64,000 nucleotides of DNA, from positions 62,001 to 126,000 of the forward strand of contig NIVC01002590.1 of the NCBI GenBank assembly GCA_002269645.1, given 5' to 3'. Positions 13,818-26,533 of this stretch are shown in pieces. Source of the stretch: Macrostomum lignano (lineage: Eukaryota). Below the pieces are notes generated by a model. It was not told where the DNA came from, searched no databases, and was given only the letters and a program-made list of their open reading frames with translations. Position numbers and translations under genes: made by a program. Positions within the stretch are counted from its first letter, which is position 1. The number at the start of each line of letters is the position of its first letter.

Positions 13818-15815
13818 CTAGTTATCCCAGAATCGCCCGCTAGTTATCCCATAATCGCCCGCTAGTTATCCCAGAATCGCCCGCTGGTTATCCCAGAATC
13901 GCCCGCTAGTTATCCCAGAATCGCCCGCTAGTTATCCCATAATCGCCCGCTAGTTATCCCAGAATCGCCCGCTGGCTATCCCAGAATCGCCCGCTAGTTA
14001 TCCCAGAATCGCCCGCTAGTTATCCCAGAATCGCCCGCTGGTTATCCCAGAATCGCCCGCTAGTTATCCCAGAATCGCCCGCTAGTTATCCCAGAATCGC
14101 TCGCTAGTTATCCCAGAATCGCCCGCTAGTTATCCCAGAATCGCCCGCTAGTTATCCCAGAATCGCCCGCTAGTTATCCCAGAATCGCCCGCTAGTTATC
14201 CCAGAATCGCCCGCTAGTTATCCCAGAATCGCCCGCTAGTTATCCCAGAATCGCCCGCTGGTTATCCCAGAATCGCTCGCTAGTTATCCCAGAATCACCC
14301 GCTAGTTATCCCAGAATCGCCCGCTAGTTATCCAGGAATCACCCGCTAGTTATCCCAGAATCGCCCGCTAGTTATCCCAGAATCACCCGCTAGTTATCCC
14401 AGAATCGCCCGCTAGTTATCCCAGAATCGCCCGCTAGTTATCCCAGAATCGCCCGCTAGTTATCCCAGAATCGCCCGCTAGTTATTCCAGAATCGCCCGC
14501 TAGTTATCCCAGAATCGCCCGCTAGTTATCCCAGAATCGCCCGCTAGTTATCCCAGAATCGCCCGCTAGTTATCCCAGAATCGCCCGCTGGTTATCCCAG
14601 AATCGCCCGCTAGTTATCCCAGAATCGCCCGCTAGTTATCCCAGAATCGCCCGCTAGTTATCCCAGAATCGCCCACTAGTTATCCCAGAATCACCCGCTA
14701 GTTATCCCAGAATCGCCCGCTAGTTATCCCAGAATCTCCCGCTAGTTATCCCAGAATCGCCCGCTAGTTATCCCAGAATCGCCCGCTAGTTATCCCAGAA
14801 TCGCCCGCTAGTTATCCCAGAATCGCCCGCTAGTTATCCCAGAATCGCCCGCTAGTTATCCCAGAATCGCCCGCTAGTCAAGCAGGAATCGCCCGCTAGT
14901 TATCCCAGAATCGCCCGCTAGTTATCCCAGAATCGCCCGCTAGTTATCCCAGAATCGCCCGCTAGTCAAGCAGGAATCGCCCGCTAGTTATCCCAGAATC
15001 GCCCGCTAGTCAAGCAGGAATAGCCCGCTAGTTATCCCAGAATCGCCCGCTAGTCAAGCAGGAATCGCCCGCTAGTCAAGCAGGAATCGCCCGCTAGTTA
15101 TCCCAGAATCGCCCGCTAGTTATCCCAGAATCGCCCGCTAGTTATCCCAGAATCGCCCGCTAGTTATCCCAGAATCGCCCGCTAGTCAAGCAGGAATCGC
15201 CCGCTAGTTATCCCAGAATCGCTCGCTAGTTATCCCAGAATCGCTCGCTAGTTATCCCAGAATCGCCCGCTAGTTATCCCAGAATCGCCCGCTAGTTATC
15301 CCAGAATCACCCGCTAGTTATCCCAGAATCACCCGCTAGTCATCCCAGAATCGCTCGCTAGTTATCCCAGAATCGCCCGCTAGTTATCCCAGAATCACCC
15401 GCTAGTCATCCCAGAATCGCCCGCAAGTTATCCAGGAATCGCCCGCTAGTCATGCAGAAATCACCCGCTAGTTATTCAAGAATCACCCGCTAGTTATCCC
15501 AGAATCGCCCGCTGGTTATCCCAGAATCGCCCGCTGGTTATCCCAGAATCACCCGCTAGTTATCCCAGAATCGCCCGCTAGTTATCCCAGAATCACCCGC
15601 TAGTTATCCCAGAATCGCCCGCTAGTTATCCCAGAATCACCCGCTAGTTATTCAAGAATCACCCGCTAGTTATCCCAGAATCGCCCGCTAGTTATCCCAG
15701 AATCACCCGCTAGTTATCCCAGAATCACCCGCTAGTTATTCAAGAATCACCCGCTAGTTATCCCAGAATCACCCGCTAGTTATCCCAGAATCACCCGCTA
15801 GTTATCCCAGAATCA
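13818..15815. repeat. 22-bp minisatellite AATCGCCCGCTAGTTATCCCAG, ~2 kb
   Basis: Roughly 90 tandem copies with point variants. Confidence 0.96.
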
Positions 15816-16684
15816 CCCACGAGCTTCAGTCCGATTTCGTGATAATCTGTGACGGTGACTGGCAGGCAGTTCAAGTGCACAATAACCCCCCCCCCCCAAC
15901 CTTAATTGATGCACCTTATCGAGAAGCCAAAAACGCGCGTTGAAACCGCCAAGCATTGTAGAATGCGAGAGGAGAGGAGAGATGAAAGTAACAGAGGGAG
16001 CTGCGGTTCCCTCCCTCAAGGAGATAGGAAATCCCTGCTAGCTACACATGCCGAAACCTTCATCAGTGCTGGAGTGGGCTGCCGATAAACAGTGCAGTCC
16101 AAGTTCTGCGCCACCACCTCGCAAAAGCTGTCAGTCAAAGTTCTGTTGCGCAGACTGCACCCCATATACAGCCTTATACATACATCACCGCTAAGTTCTT
16201 TGCGGAAAGGAGTTGATGGACAGGACAGGTAAGAAAGTTATATCGGTCCGTGTCTGTATAATCGCATCTTGGTGGTTCGACCAATGCATTCCAGAATCCC
16301 AACTACTGAAACCCTTTCCCACACGTGCGGGATCAAGATTGCACGGCCGGCCACTGACACACTGTCTACTAGTTTCCATTGAGCCTCGGCCTAGCAACCA
16401 GAGTTTAATGATCTGATGGCGCTGATTATGGGAGCAAAGTGGGTGGAAGCGGGGAAGGCCATGCGAAATTCTCCCACTAAATATGGCTGATTGATCAAGA
16501 TCGGTGGCCCTCCTTAATACTCTCGCTCAAAACAACAAGAGCTTACAGTTTCCCACAAGTCCAGAAGCTCATGGACGGTCAATAAAATCCATTTATCTGC
16601 ATGAATCTGTGCTCTATGTGATTGCATTCATTGCATATTTGTGGTGTGCCACTTAGCGATCAGAGAGTTCTGTAGAGATTCGTT

Positions 16685-17090
16685 AAGTGCCATTGGAGAT
16701 CTGGCGAGTGCCATTGGAGATCTGGCGAGTGCCATTGGAGATCTGGCGAGTGCCATTGGAGATCTGGAGAGTGCTATTGGTGATCTGGAGAGTGCTATTG
16801 GTGATCTGTGGAGTGCTATTGGTGATCTGAAGAGTGCCATTGGAGATCTGAGGAGTGCCATTGGAGATCTGGCGAGTGCTATTGGTGATCTGGAGAGTGC
16901 TATTGGAGAACTGGCGAGTGCCATTGGAGATCTGAAGAGTGCCATTGGAGATCTGAGGAGTGCCATAGGAGATCTGGTGAGTGCCATTGGAGATCTGGGG
17001 AGTGCCATTGGAGATCTGGGGAGTGCCATTAGAGATCTGAGGAGTGCTATTGGTGATCTGTGGAGTTCTATCAGAGACATGGGGAGTAGC
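16685..17090 (+). repeat. 21-bp tandem repeat AGTGC(C/T)ATTGG(A/T)GATCTGNNG, possibly coding (SAIGDLx heptads)
   Basis: Tandem copies within the stop-free ORF 16641-17156. Confidence 0.88.
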
Positions 17091-17749
17091 ATAGGTGCAG
17101 CTCTGAGAAATTCTGTGCTAAAAGTACTCCAGGTAAAAACTTCTAGATCCCATTGAGAACTCTCGCAGACTAGAACCCATGGCCATTCAAGCTTGGCTCC
17201 CCGCAGCGCAGCTCCACGAGCTCCCACTCGCCACTTTAGAGCACAATATATAGCAATTATATAGATATAAAAAAGCTAATTTTGAGTTTGTCTGTTCACC
17301 TTCACCTACTTATCAAATCTATAATATTGTTCGCAAACTATTTGGATGAATTGTCTGTATAATAACACAATAAATATAGCCAATCTGAATGAGACTGGGG
17401 TTGAGTGACAATCCCACTGGGAAATTAGCAATTGCTTGCTTGAGTCGCATCCGGCAATTCAGAATTGTAAAAAGACCCGGTCAGCGGGCGGTACCCAGCA
17501 TGCAACCCAATTGGCCAAGAAAATCTTGGGCCTAAATGCATGTGAATGAAGACCCACACAGACACAGATTGGTAAATCCCAATGCTATATGGGCGACCCC
17601 CTGCGGATGTTGCAACAACTGTTCCTTGCCATTTTTTGAGAAAAAAGTCAAGCATACAAAGCAGACAGAAAGAGGGTTGCTTCACGCATGACAATCGAAG
17701 TTTGTTATAAATACAGCTTTGTTGCAACCTCGTATGTGAACTGTGTGAT

Positions 17750-18200
17750 ATACAGAATGGCTGCAACTACTCGTACATTGTGATACAGAATGGCTGTAAC
17801 TGCTCTACATTATGATACAGAATGGCTGTAACTGATCTACATTGTGATACAGAATGGCTGTAACTGATCTACATTGTGATACAGAATGGCTGTAACTGAT
17901 CTAAATTGTGATACAGAATGGCTGTAACTGATCTAAATTGTGATACAGAATGGCTGTAACTGATCTACATTGTGATACGGAATGGCTGTAACTAATCTAT
18001 AGTGTGATACAGAATGGCTGTAACTGATCTACATTGTGATACGGAATGACTTTAACTACAGTGGGATACAGAATGACTGTAACTGATCTACAGTGGGATA
18101 CAGAATGGCTGTAACTGATCTACAGTGTGATACAGAATGGCTGTAACTAATCTACAGTGTGATACAGAATGGCTGTAACTTAATTACAGCAAAATACAGA
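17750..18200. repeat. 32-bp minisatellite TGTGATACAGAATGGCTGTAACTGATCTACAT upstream of zic
   Basis: Tandem copies visible. Confidence 0.92.
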
Positions 18201-18827
18201 ATGGTTTAAAAAGTAATTAAACGGAATAGCATTACAGCATTGCTCGAACAGCACTTCCTTAACAAGCCAGCGCAGACCTCGGTCCCTAATTTGCGCAATA
18301 ACTTGCAGTCAAGCTTATTAAACACTATTGGCCAGTATTAATGGCCATAGACTAAATTGCCCGAAGCTCCAGTTCTGCCCCTCGCAATTTTCGCTAAGGG
18401 GGGTCTCCAAACCGCGGTCCATTAGCCCAGCGAACTGCTCCGGTCCCTCGGCTCCGCCCTCCCGAACCCCCGCTGCGACTGGCCCAGCTGGCCGGCCAAT
18501 CCGAGCTGGTCGCGGCGCCCGCCCACCCCAACCTCCGCGCCAGCCTCCGCCACCTCCACAGCCCCGGCTCTCCCCGGCGCGGCACCCCGCAGGTTAAAAG
18601 ACCGACCCCCCGGCGGAGGCCACCCGCCAGGCGCGCCCCGCTCAGTCGGTCTTCTGCAAGCAGAAATCAGGCAAAAGTCTATTATAACCAACCTCGCCTA
18701 CCCAGCCGCCTAGGCAGAGTCTCCCTGCAGTGCAGCGGGATCCTTAATCCCCGGGCCAGCGGTCGCAAATCCCCCCCCCGTACAGCCACACCCCCTGCCG
18801 AGTTCTCCGCGGTGTAAAGCCGGCGGC

Positions 18828-21800
18828 ATGTTCAGCCCCTACCACCCGCACGCGGTGCAGCCGCAGGTCCCGTACCAGCAGCAGCACCAGCTGCAGCACC
18901 AGCACCAGCACCTGGTTGGCGGAGGCGACCTGACGGCGTACTCCAGCCCGGCTTCGGTCGGCGACCTTTTCCTGCGCCGACACCAGCAGTACGCCGCCGC
19001 CGCTGCCACAGCCGCCGTTGCTGCCGCCGATTTTCCCGTCTATGGCGAACTGTTCGGGCAGGCCCAGCAGCCTCATCACCAGCCTCAGCATCATCAACAG
19101 CAACAGCAACAGCAGCAACAACAGCATCAGCAGCACCTACAGCAGCAGCAGCAGCAGCAGCAACAAGCTCAAGCTGCCACTACTTCAGAGCAGCAACATC
19201 TCAATCAGCATCAGCAGCAGCTACAGCAGCACCAGCACCAGCAGCAGCAGCAGCACCAAGCCTCTCATGCCGGCTTTCCCCTGAGTGCAGATCTGCACTT
19301 GCAGCCTCCTTATTCGCCTCATCTGCAGCAGTCGCAGTCTCACCCTGCCCAGCAGCAGCCTCACCAGCAGCCTCATCATCAGCATCAGCATGCGTATCAG
19401 CAGGCCGCCGCGGCTGCCGGTCACTTGGCCAGCAGCTTCGGCCACTTCAACCATTTGAACATGTCGGCCTACGGGCCGGCCTTCTACCGGGCCTACCTGC
19501 AGCGCAGCGGCGGCGGAGGCGGCCTGCGAGACTATCGCTGCCTGTGGATCGAGCGGGACCAGCCGGAGCCAAGGAAACCTTGCAACCGCATGTTTGCCAG
19601 CGTGCACGACATCGTCACGCACATCACCGTGGATCACGTGGGCGGTGAGTCAACCATAGACTGCATATAGCCTGGGCATAATTCTTACTGATCTATAAGC
19701 CTCCTTACTGATATATAGGCTTCCTCACTAATCTATAGGCTTCCTCACTGATCTATAGGCTTCCTCACTCATCTATAGGCTTCCTCATCATCTATGGGCT
19801 ACCTTACTGATTTAAAGGCTTCCTTACTGGTCTAAGCTTCCCTACTGATCTATAGGCTTCCTTACTGATCTATAGGCTTCCTCACTGATCTATAGGCTTT
19901 ACTACTGATCTATAGACTTCCATATTGATTTAAAGGCTTCCTTGCTGATCTATAGGCTTCACTACTGATCTATAGGCTTCACTACTGATCTATAGGCTTC
20001 ACTACTGATCTATAGGCTTCCTTGCTGATCTATAGGCTTCACTACTGATCTATAGGCTTCCTTACTGATCTATAGGCTTCACTACTGATCTATAGGCTTC
20101 CATATTGATTTAAAGGCTTCCTTGCTGATCTATAGGCTTCACTACTGATCTATAGGGTTCCATATTGATTTAAAGGCTTCCTTGCTGATCTATAGGCTTC
20201 ACTACTGATCTATAGGGTTCCATATTGATTTAAAGGCTTCCTTGCTGATCTATAGGCTTCCTTACTGATCTATAGGCTTCCTCACTAATCTATAGGCTTC
20301 CTCACTGATCTATAGGCTTCCTCACTGATCTATATAGGCTTCCTTACTGATCTATAGGCTTCCTCACTGATCTATAGGCTAAATCTGTATTTATGCATCA
20401 TTTTGATAACGCCAGCCGCCTCCGCCCCGCACCTCAGCAGGACCCGAGCTGACCGATCACACCTGCTACTGGCAGGAGTGCGCCCGACACTTCAAGCCGT
20501 TCAAGGCAAAGTACAAGCTGGTGAACCACATCCGGGTGCACACAGGCGAGCGCCCGTTCCCCTGCCCGTTCCCCGGCTGCGGCAAAGTGTTCGCCAGATC
20601 GGAGAATCTCAAAATTCACAAGCGAACTCACACAGGTGAGCATCTGGAAATTTTTTGTCTTTTTGTCGAAACAGACTTCGGTCGCGCTGCGGGTGTCGCA
20701 GAGCAAAGAATTTTGAAAGAAAAATCCAACGGAGGCTTCATTAGGCACAGCTGGGGGCGGGGCTGGCCCATAGACCATTAGGGCCCGTGCATCTGTCGGT
20801 GTGTTTTCCGACCTCGCATGAGAAGCTCCTCTCTGTTCCTTTCACAAAATTTTTTTGTCCCTAATGCTGTCCGAGAAATTGCGGACTCAACTGCCGCTAG
20901 CCGGCCGAAACGCCTGAATAAATGATGAGGCCGACAGACAAAGGGAGAGCAGGCAGAGGCAGCGCATGCAAACGTGAGCCTGATGGGGCTGGTCCAGCTT
21001 CCTAACACCAGAAAGTTTGTCAAGTGACTCCTGCAGAGAGGAAGAGAGATGGAGAGTTTCTAATGAGCATCGCTTTTTTACAAATTGCAGTTTCTTTTGT
21101 CTTCCTCTGTTTTTCTGCAACACTTTCCTTGCCGCAGCTCTTCTATACACAACCTTGCTGAGTAATTCTCCCACTCTCCTCTTGCGCAGCTGTCAGGCCA
21201 TTATCCTCTGGACAATAGAAGAAAGTGTGAAAAATGCGGAAGCCACGAGGGCACGCGCCTTTCTTGCGGTCGGGTCGGGCCCATAGACAGGCACCCAGCG
21301 CTTCCATATAGTTGCCATGGCCTCCAATGCCCCCAGCTTATATAAGAGGCTGCAAACTCTGTTGCCAACCTGTTGCTACTGTTCCTCTTTCCTCTGTCCC
21401 GTCATTCCTAACGCCTGACTTCCTGTAGCGGAAGCGTGAAATTTTCATAGATTCTAAGAATTTAACAGCGGGGGCCCTCGGTACAGCAGGGCGGATCGCG
21501 CTTCACTGGGCACTGCTGCGAAGCTCCTCTCGACCCGTTGAACATCTCTCGTGTCCTCGGGTGCGACTGGATTCAACATTTGAGCTTCCAAATCTCAATC
21601 CTCCCAGCTTCAATATCTCCCTCTGCCTTGTTCCTATCCGTACCTGTCCCTTCAAGCTTACGCATCTTTTCTTTCCCTTCATTCTCTACTCTCCTCTCTT
21701 CCTGTTTTCTCCCTGTGCCCCCTGATCTCTCACCCATCTACCTCTCACATCTTACCCTGTCATAGTCCCTCTCATTTTAACCTCTCAGCATCTCCCTTCC

Positions 21801-23182
21801 CGGTCGTCACTCCGCTCTCAGCATCTCCCTTCCCGGTCGTCACTCCGCTCTCAGCATCTCCCTCCCCGGTCGTCACTCCGCTCTCAGCATCTCCCTCCCC
21901 GGTCGTCACTCCGCTCTCAGCATCTCCCTCCCCGGTCGTCACTCCGCTCTCAGCATCTCCCTCCCCGTCGTCACTCCGCTCTCAGCATCTCCCTCCCCGT
22001 CGTCACTCCGCTCTCAGCATCTCCCTCCCCGGTCGTCACTCCGCTCTCAGCATCTCCCTCCCCGGTCGTCACTCCGCTCTCAGCATCTCCCTCCCCGGTC
22101 GTCACTCCGCTCTCAGCATCTCCCTCCCCGTCGTCACTCCGCTCTCAGCATCTCCCTCCCCGTCGTCACTCCGCTCTCAGCATCTCCCTCCCCGGTCGTC
22201 ACTCCGCTCTCAGCATCTCCCTCCCCGGTCGTCACTCCGCTCTCAGCATCTCCCTCCCGGTCGTCACTCCGCTCTCAGCATCTCCCTCCCCGGTCGTCAC
22301 TCCGCTCTCAGCATCTCCCTCCCGGTCGTCACTCCGCTCTCAGCATCTCCCTCCCCGATCGTCACTCCGCTCAGCATCTCCCTCCCGGTCGTCACTCCGC
22401 TCTCAGCATCTCCCTCCCCGGTCGTCACTCCGCTCTCAGTATCTCCCTCCCGGTCGTCACTCCGCTCTCAGTATCTCCCTCCCCGGTCGTCACTCCGCTC
22501 TCAGCATCTCCCTCCCCGGTCGACACTCCGCTCTCAGTATCTCCCTCCCCGGTCGACACTCCGCTCTCAGCATCTCCCTCCCCGGTCGTCACTCCGCTCT
22601 CAGTATCTCTCTGCTGTCCCGCCCGCAGGTGAGAAGCCGTTCAAGTGCGAATACGACGGCTGCGACCGGCGCTTCGCCAACAGCTCGGACCGCAAGAAGC
22701 ACATGCACGTGCACATGAACGACAAGCCCTACTACTGCCGGGTGGGCGGCTGCGACAAGTCTTACACGCACCCCAGCTCGCTGCGCAAGCACATGCGGGT
22801 CCATTCGACCTCGCCCAGCGGCCGGTCTCTTGACGACGACAATGACGGAGCGGACGACAGCGTCAGATCGGACGAGTCGGACGGCACCGGCCGGACAGCC
22901 GGCGAGGGCAAGGGCGGCTCCGACCACGTGAAGCCGCCGACGGCCCAGCAGCAGCAGCAGCGGCGCCGAGCTGCCACCGCAGCGGCCTCCGTCGCTGTCA
23001 AAGCCGAGAGGAAGCCGGCCGAGCGGACAAGTTACGTCGAAACGCCATCTACTTCGCCGAACGAACCGTCGCCGACTCCGCCGTCGGTGTCCAGTGATTG
23101 GACGAGTCCCTACATGGCTATGATGCAGCAGCAGCCGCATCAGCAGCCGCACTGCAAGCCAGTGCTGTTTCCGGCCTTCTAG
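18828..23182 (+). CDS. zic: Zic/odd-paired family C2H2 zinc-finger transcription factor; exons 18828-19644, 20441-20635, 22629-23182
   Basis: The spliced translation gives five Zic-type fingers: CLWI...PCNRMF...HITVDHVG|[14 protein letters not shown]...[45 protein letters not shown]|[29 protein letters not shown]...DKPYYC...[18 protein letters not shown]. Both introns are GT-AG and phase 1. The N-terminus is Gln/His/Ala-rich. Confidence 0.97.
19680..20380. repeat. 19-20-bp minisatellite ACTGATCTATAGGCTTCCTT filling zic intron 1
   Basis: Tandem copies between the donor (19645) and acceptor (20440). Confidence 0.92.
21785..22605. repeat. 32-33-bp minisatellite CACTCCGCTCTCAGCATCTCCCTCCCCGGTCGT in zic intron 2
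   Basis: Tandem copies ending ~25 nt before the acceptor at 22628. Confidence 0.95.
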
Positions 23183-24017
23183 GTCACCACGTGTTCAAAC
23201 CCTGAATTCCAGTTCTGTACAGCTTAATGTACGCGGCTTGATCCACTATAATGTCTGCATTTTTATCCGCACCAAGCTGACCTTAGCGCGCACAGTTCCG
23301 CAATGCTGTACATTCATAGCATGCAGCCAATTGACAAAACTTGCTGCCTTCACGAGCCCCTGTGCCAGACTTTGCTGTTAGTTCTATCTGTGTTTAGCTT
23401 GTAACCTTGTGAATTCCTCACTGCAGTAGCGGTGATTACTGTCCCCCTTGTTGCTACAGATATGAGAAATAGAGACAAGCAATCCTCAGCGGGGGTGACA
23501 AAATTCATTTGTAAAAACATTTCCTATTTTTCCTTGTCTGCATTCCTAATGCGCCTGCTTCTGGCCGTTGTGTTGCTGCAGAATCTTCTTCAATCCAGCG
23601 ATGTCGAGCCCCCCTACTGGCCAGCAACACAGCCGGGGGTCCGGGGGAGTCGCGGCAGCAGCGGCGGCTCTCCACGGGAGCTCGCAAGGATCTGGCTGGG
23701 ACCGGCCGTGGGAGCCGCGGCCGGTTGCCTGAAATTGGAGGGGATTTTCGGGGCCTCGTTAGAGGGGATCAGCGGCTCCTGACAGATGCTTTCAGCGCAG
23801 CCATTCCTGCGCGAGTGGCAACGCAGAGGCGAGCTTGGGGAGGCTGGGATGGAGGAGCCAATTTGTGCAACTGACGCAGTTCATGGGGATCGTGTCAATC
23901 AAGCGGTGGGGCTGGGGAAGGCAGAGGGATTTCCGGGAAACGATGGGAACTGGGGGGAGACAAGTGCGCGAGAGGCTCATCAGCTGGCCGACATTACTGC
24001 CTTAATAAACTTGGCTA

Positions 24018-24795
<778 letters not shown>

Positions 24796-25454
24796 GATGA
24801 AAAAGTGAAGAGGTGTAATTGGTCAGAGCAGGAGTGCAGTGTAAGAGCTAAAAAGAAGTCGATTGTCACCGCACACCGGGTCCCTTTGTCCGCAGATGTC
24901 AGCACTTATGTTGGGTCCAGTTCAAGTGCCCCAAAGCCAGCCCGGTTTCACGCCACGGTCCCGCATTGTGTTGTTTATCTCCGATGTCTCCCACTCCCCG
25001 TCTCTTTTCTGCAGTAGCGCGGTCAGCTGATTGACATGTCCTAGCCGTGTTATCATTAGTCTGCCAGAATCCTGCTGGCCGAGTGGGCCGCCCCCACTTC
25101 GCGGGTTTGTGCGGCGCCTCTCGCCATTCGAGAAGCGGGCCGGCCGATAGGCACAATAAACACCTGAAATCAGGGGTCAAGACTAGTCTCTAATAAAGAC
25201 GCGAAGGCTCCTCCCTCTTGCCAGACTCAGTGCAAACAAATAAACTTCTTGACTCTTCGAATAGGAAGAAACAGAGGGAGAGAGTGACTTGCTGGGATTG
25301 CGTCACAGTCATGGATGAGGCAGCTGATGAAGATGGCTATGCTAGCAATCAGCTGCTGACCATGTGTGTCTGCTGAAGTGGAAGTGGTGCTCTGGCTGGG
25401 ACCCGCTTAAAATACTCTGGGCTTTGTTCACCGCAATCAGCTGGGGAAGAAGAG

Positions 25455-26065
25455 GGTGAGAGGGAGGCAGGGTGAGAGGGAGGCAGGGTGAGAGAGAGGC
25501 AGGGTGAGAGGGAGGCAGGGTGAGAGGGAGGCAGGGTGAGAGGGAGGCAGGGTGAGAGGGAGGCAGCGTGAGAGGGAGGCAGGGGTGAGAGGGAGGCAGG
25601 GTGAGAGAGGCAGGGTGAGCTGGGGCAGGGTGAGTTGGGGCAGGGTGAGAGGGAGGCAGGGTGAGAGAGGCAGGGTGAGCTGGGGCAGGGTGAGAGGGAG
25701 GCAGGGTGAGAGGGAGGCAGGGTGAAAGGGAGGCAGGGTGAGAGGGAGGCAGAGTGAGAGAGGCAGGGTGAGCTGGGGCAGGGTGAGAGTTAGGCAGGGT
25801 GAGAGGGAGGCAGGGTGAGAGAGGCAGGGTGAGAGGAAGGCAGGGTGAGAGGGAGGCAGGGTGAGAGGGAGGCAGGGTGAGAGGGAGGCAGGGTGAGAGG
25901 GAGGCAGGGTGAGAGGGAGGCAGGGTGAGAGAGATGCAGGGTAAGAGAGAGGCAGGGTGAGAGGAAGGCAGGGTGAGAGGGAGGCAGGGTGAGAGGAAGG
26001 CAGGGTGAGAGCGAATCAGGGTGAGAGAGATGCAGGGTGAGAGAGAGGCAGGGTGAGAGGGAGGC
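25455..26065. repeat. 16-bp minisatellite AGGGTGAGAGGGAGGC
   Basis: Tandem copies visible. Confidence 0.92.
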
Positions 26066-26533
26066 AGAGAGAGAGAAGTCGATACTGAGTGTAGACGAGA
26101 GATGCACGCAGCTGAGGCGGTGACTCAGGTGGCTAGCAGCTGCAGACAGAGCCGGAAGAAATTCAGCAAAACATTTTTGGCATTGATTTTCTTTAGCAGT
26201 TTTGGTGAACTGAAACAGATTATGATTAGTTCCCGATGCTGAGGTCCGGTTTTGGGCACTGCTGACCAAGATTGAATACACAGATGAGGCGGACAAGGCG
26301 GGGAAAGCATAAACATGGGGGCTGTTTAGCCAAACTTGTTGGTGCGCTGCAGGAATGGAGCCGGCAAAGATGATGTTGTCACAGTTGACGACGAAGCAGC
26401 TGCTGTTTGGGCCCGCCAGCCCCGCATCCGGGACCTGTCAGTCACGGACTGCCAGAGATTGCTGCCGATCAGCAGCTCAGGGCTCTGCCGCGCTAAATCT
26501 CGAGTAAGTTTGGGCTGAAGAGTATGCATTTTG

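Noticed and set aside
16050-16075. Hammerhead-ribozyme-like words (CTGATGA on the minus strand here; CTGATGA...GAAA at ~61874-61892)
   Set aside because: At 16050 the two core halves are on opposite strands. At 61874 stem II lacks the required pairing and the motif overlaps the RING stop codon.
23432-24000. GC-rich ORF-containing patch downstream of zic, considered as a second Zic paralog or a separate gene
   Set aside because: No zinc-finger or other motif in any frame; it may be UTR or regulatory sequence.
26336-26518. Possible isolated exon (CTGCAG|G ... CGA|GTAAGT) just before the donor-motif array
   Set aside because: No recognisable protein and no partner exons found; it cannot be supported without RNA data.
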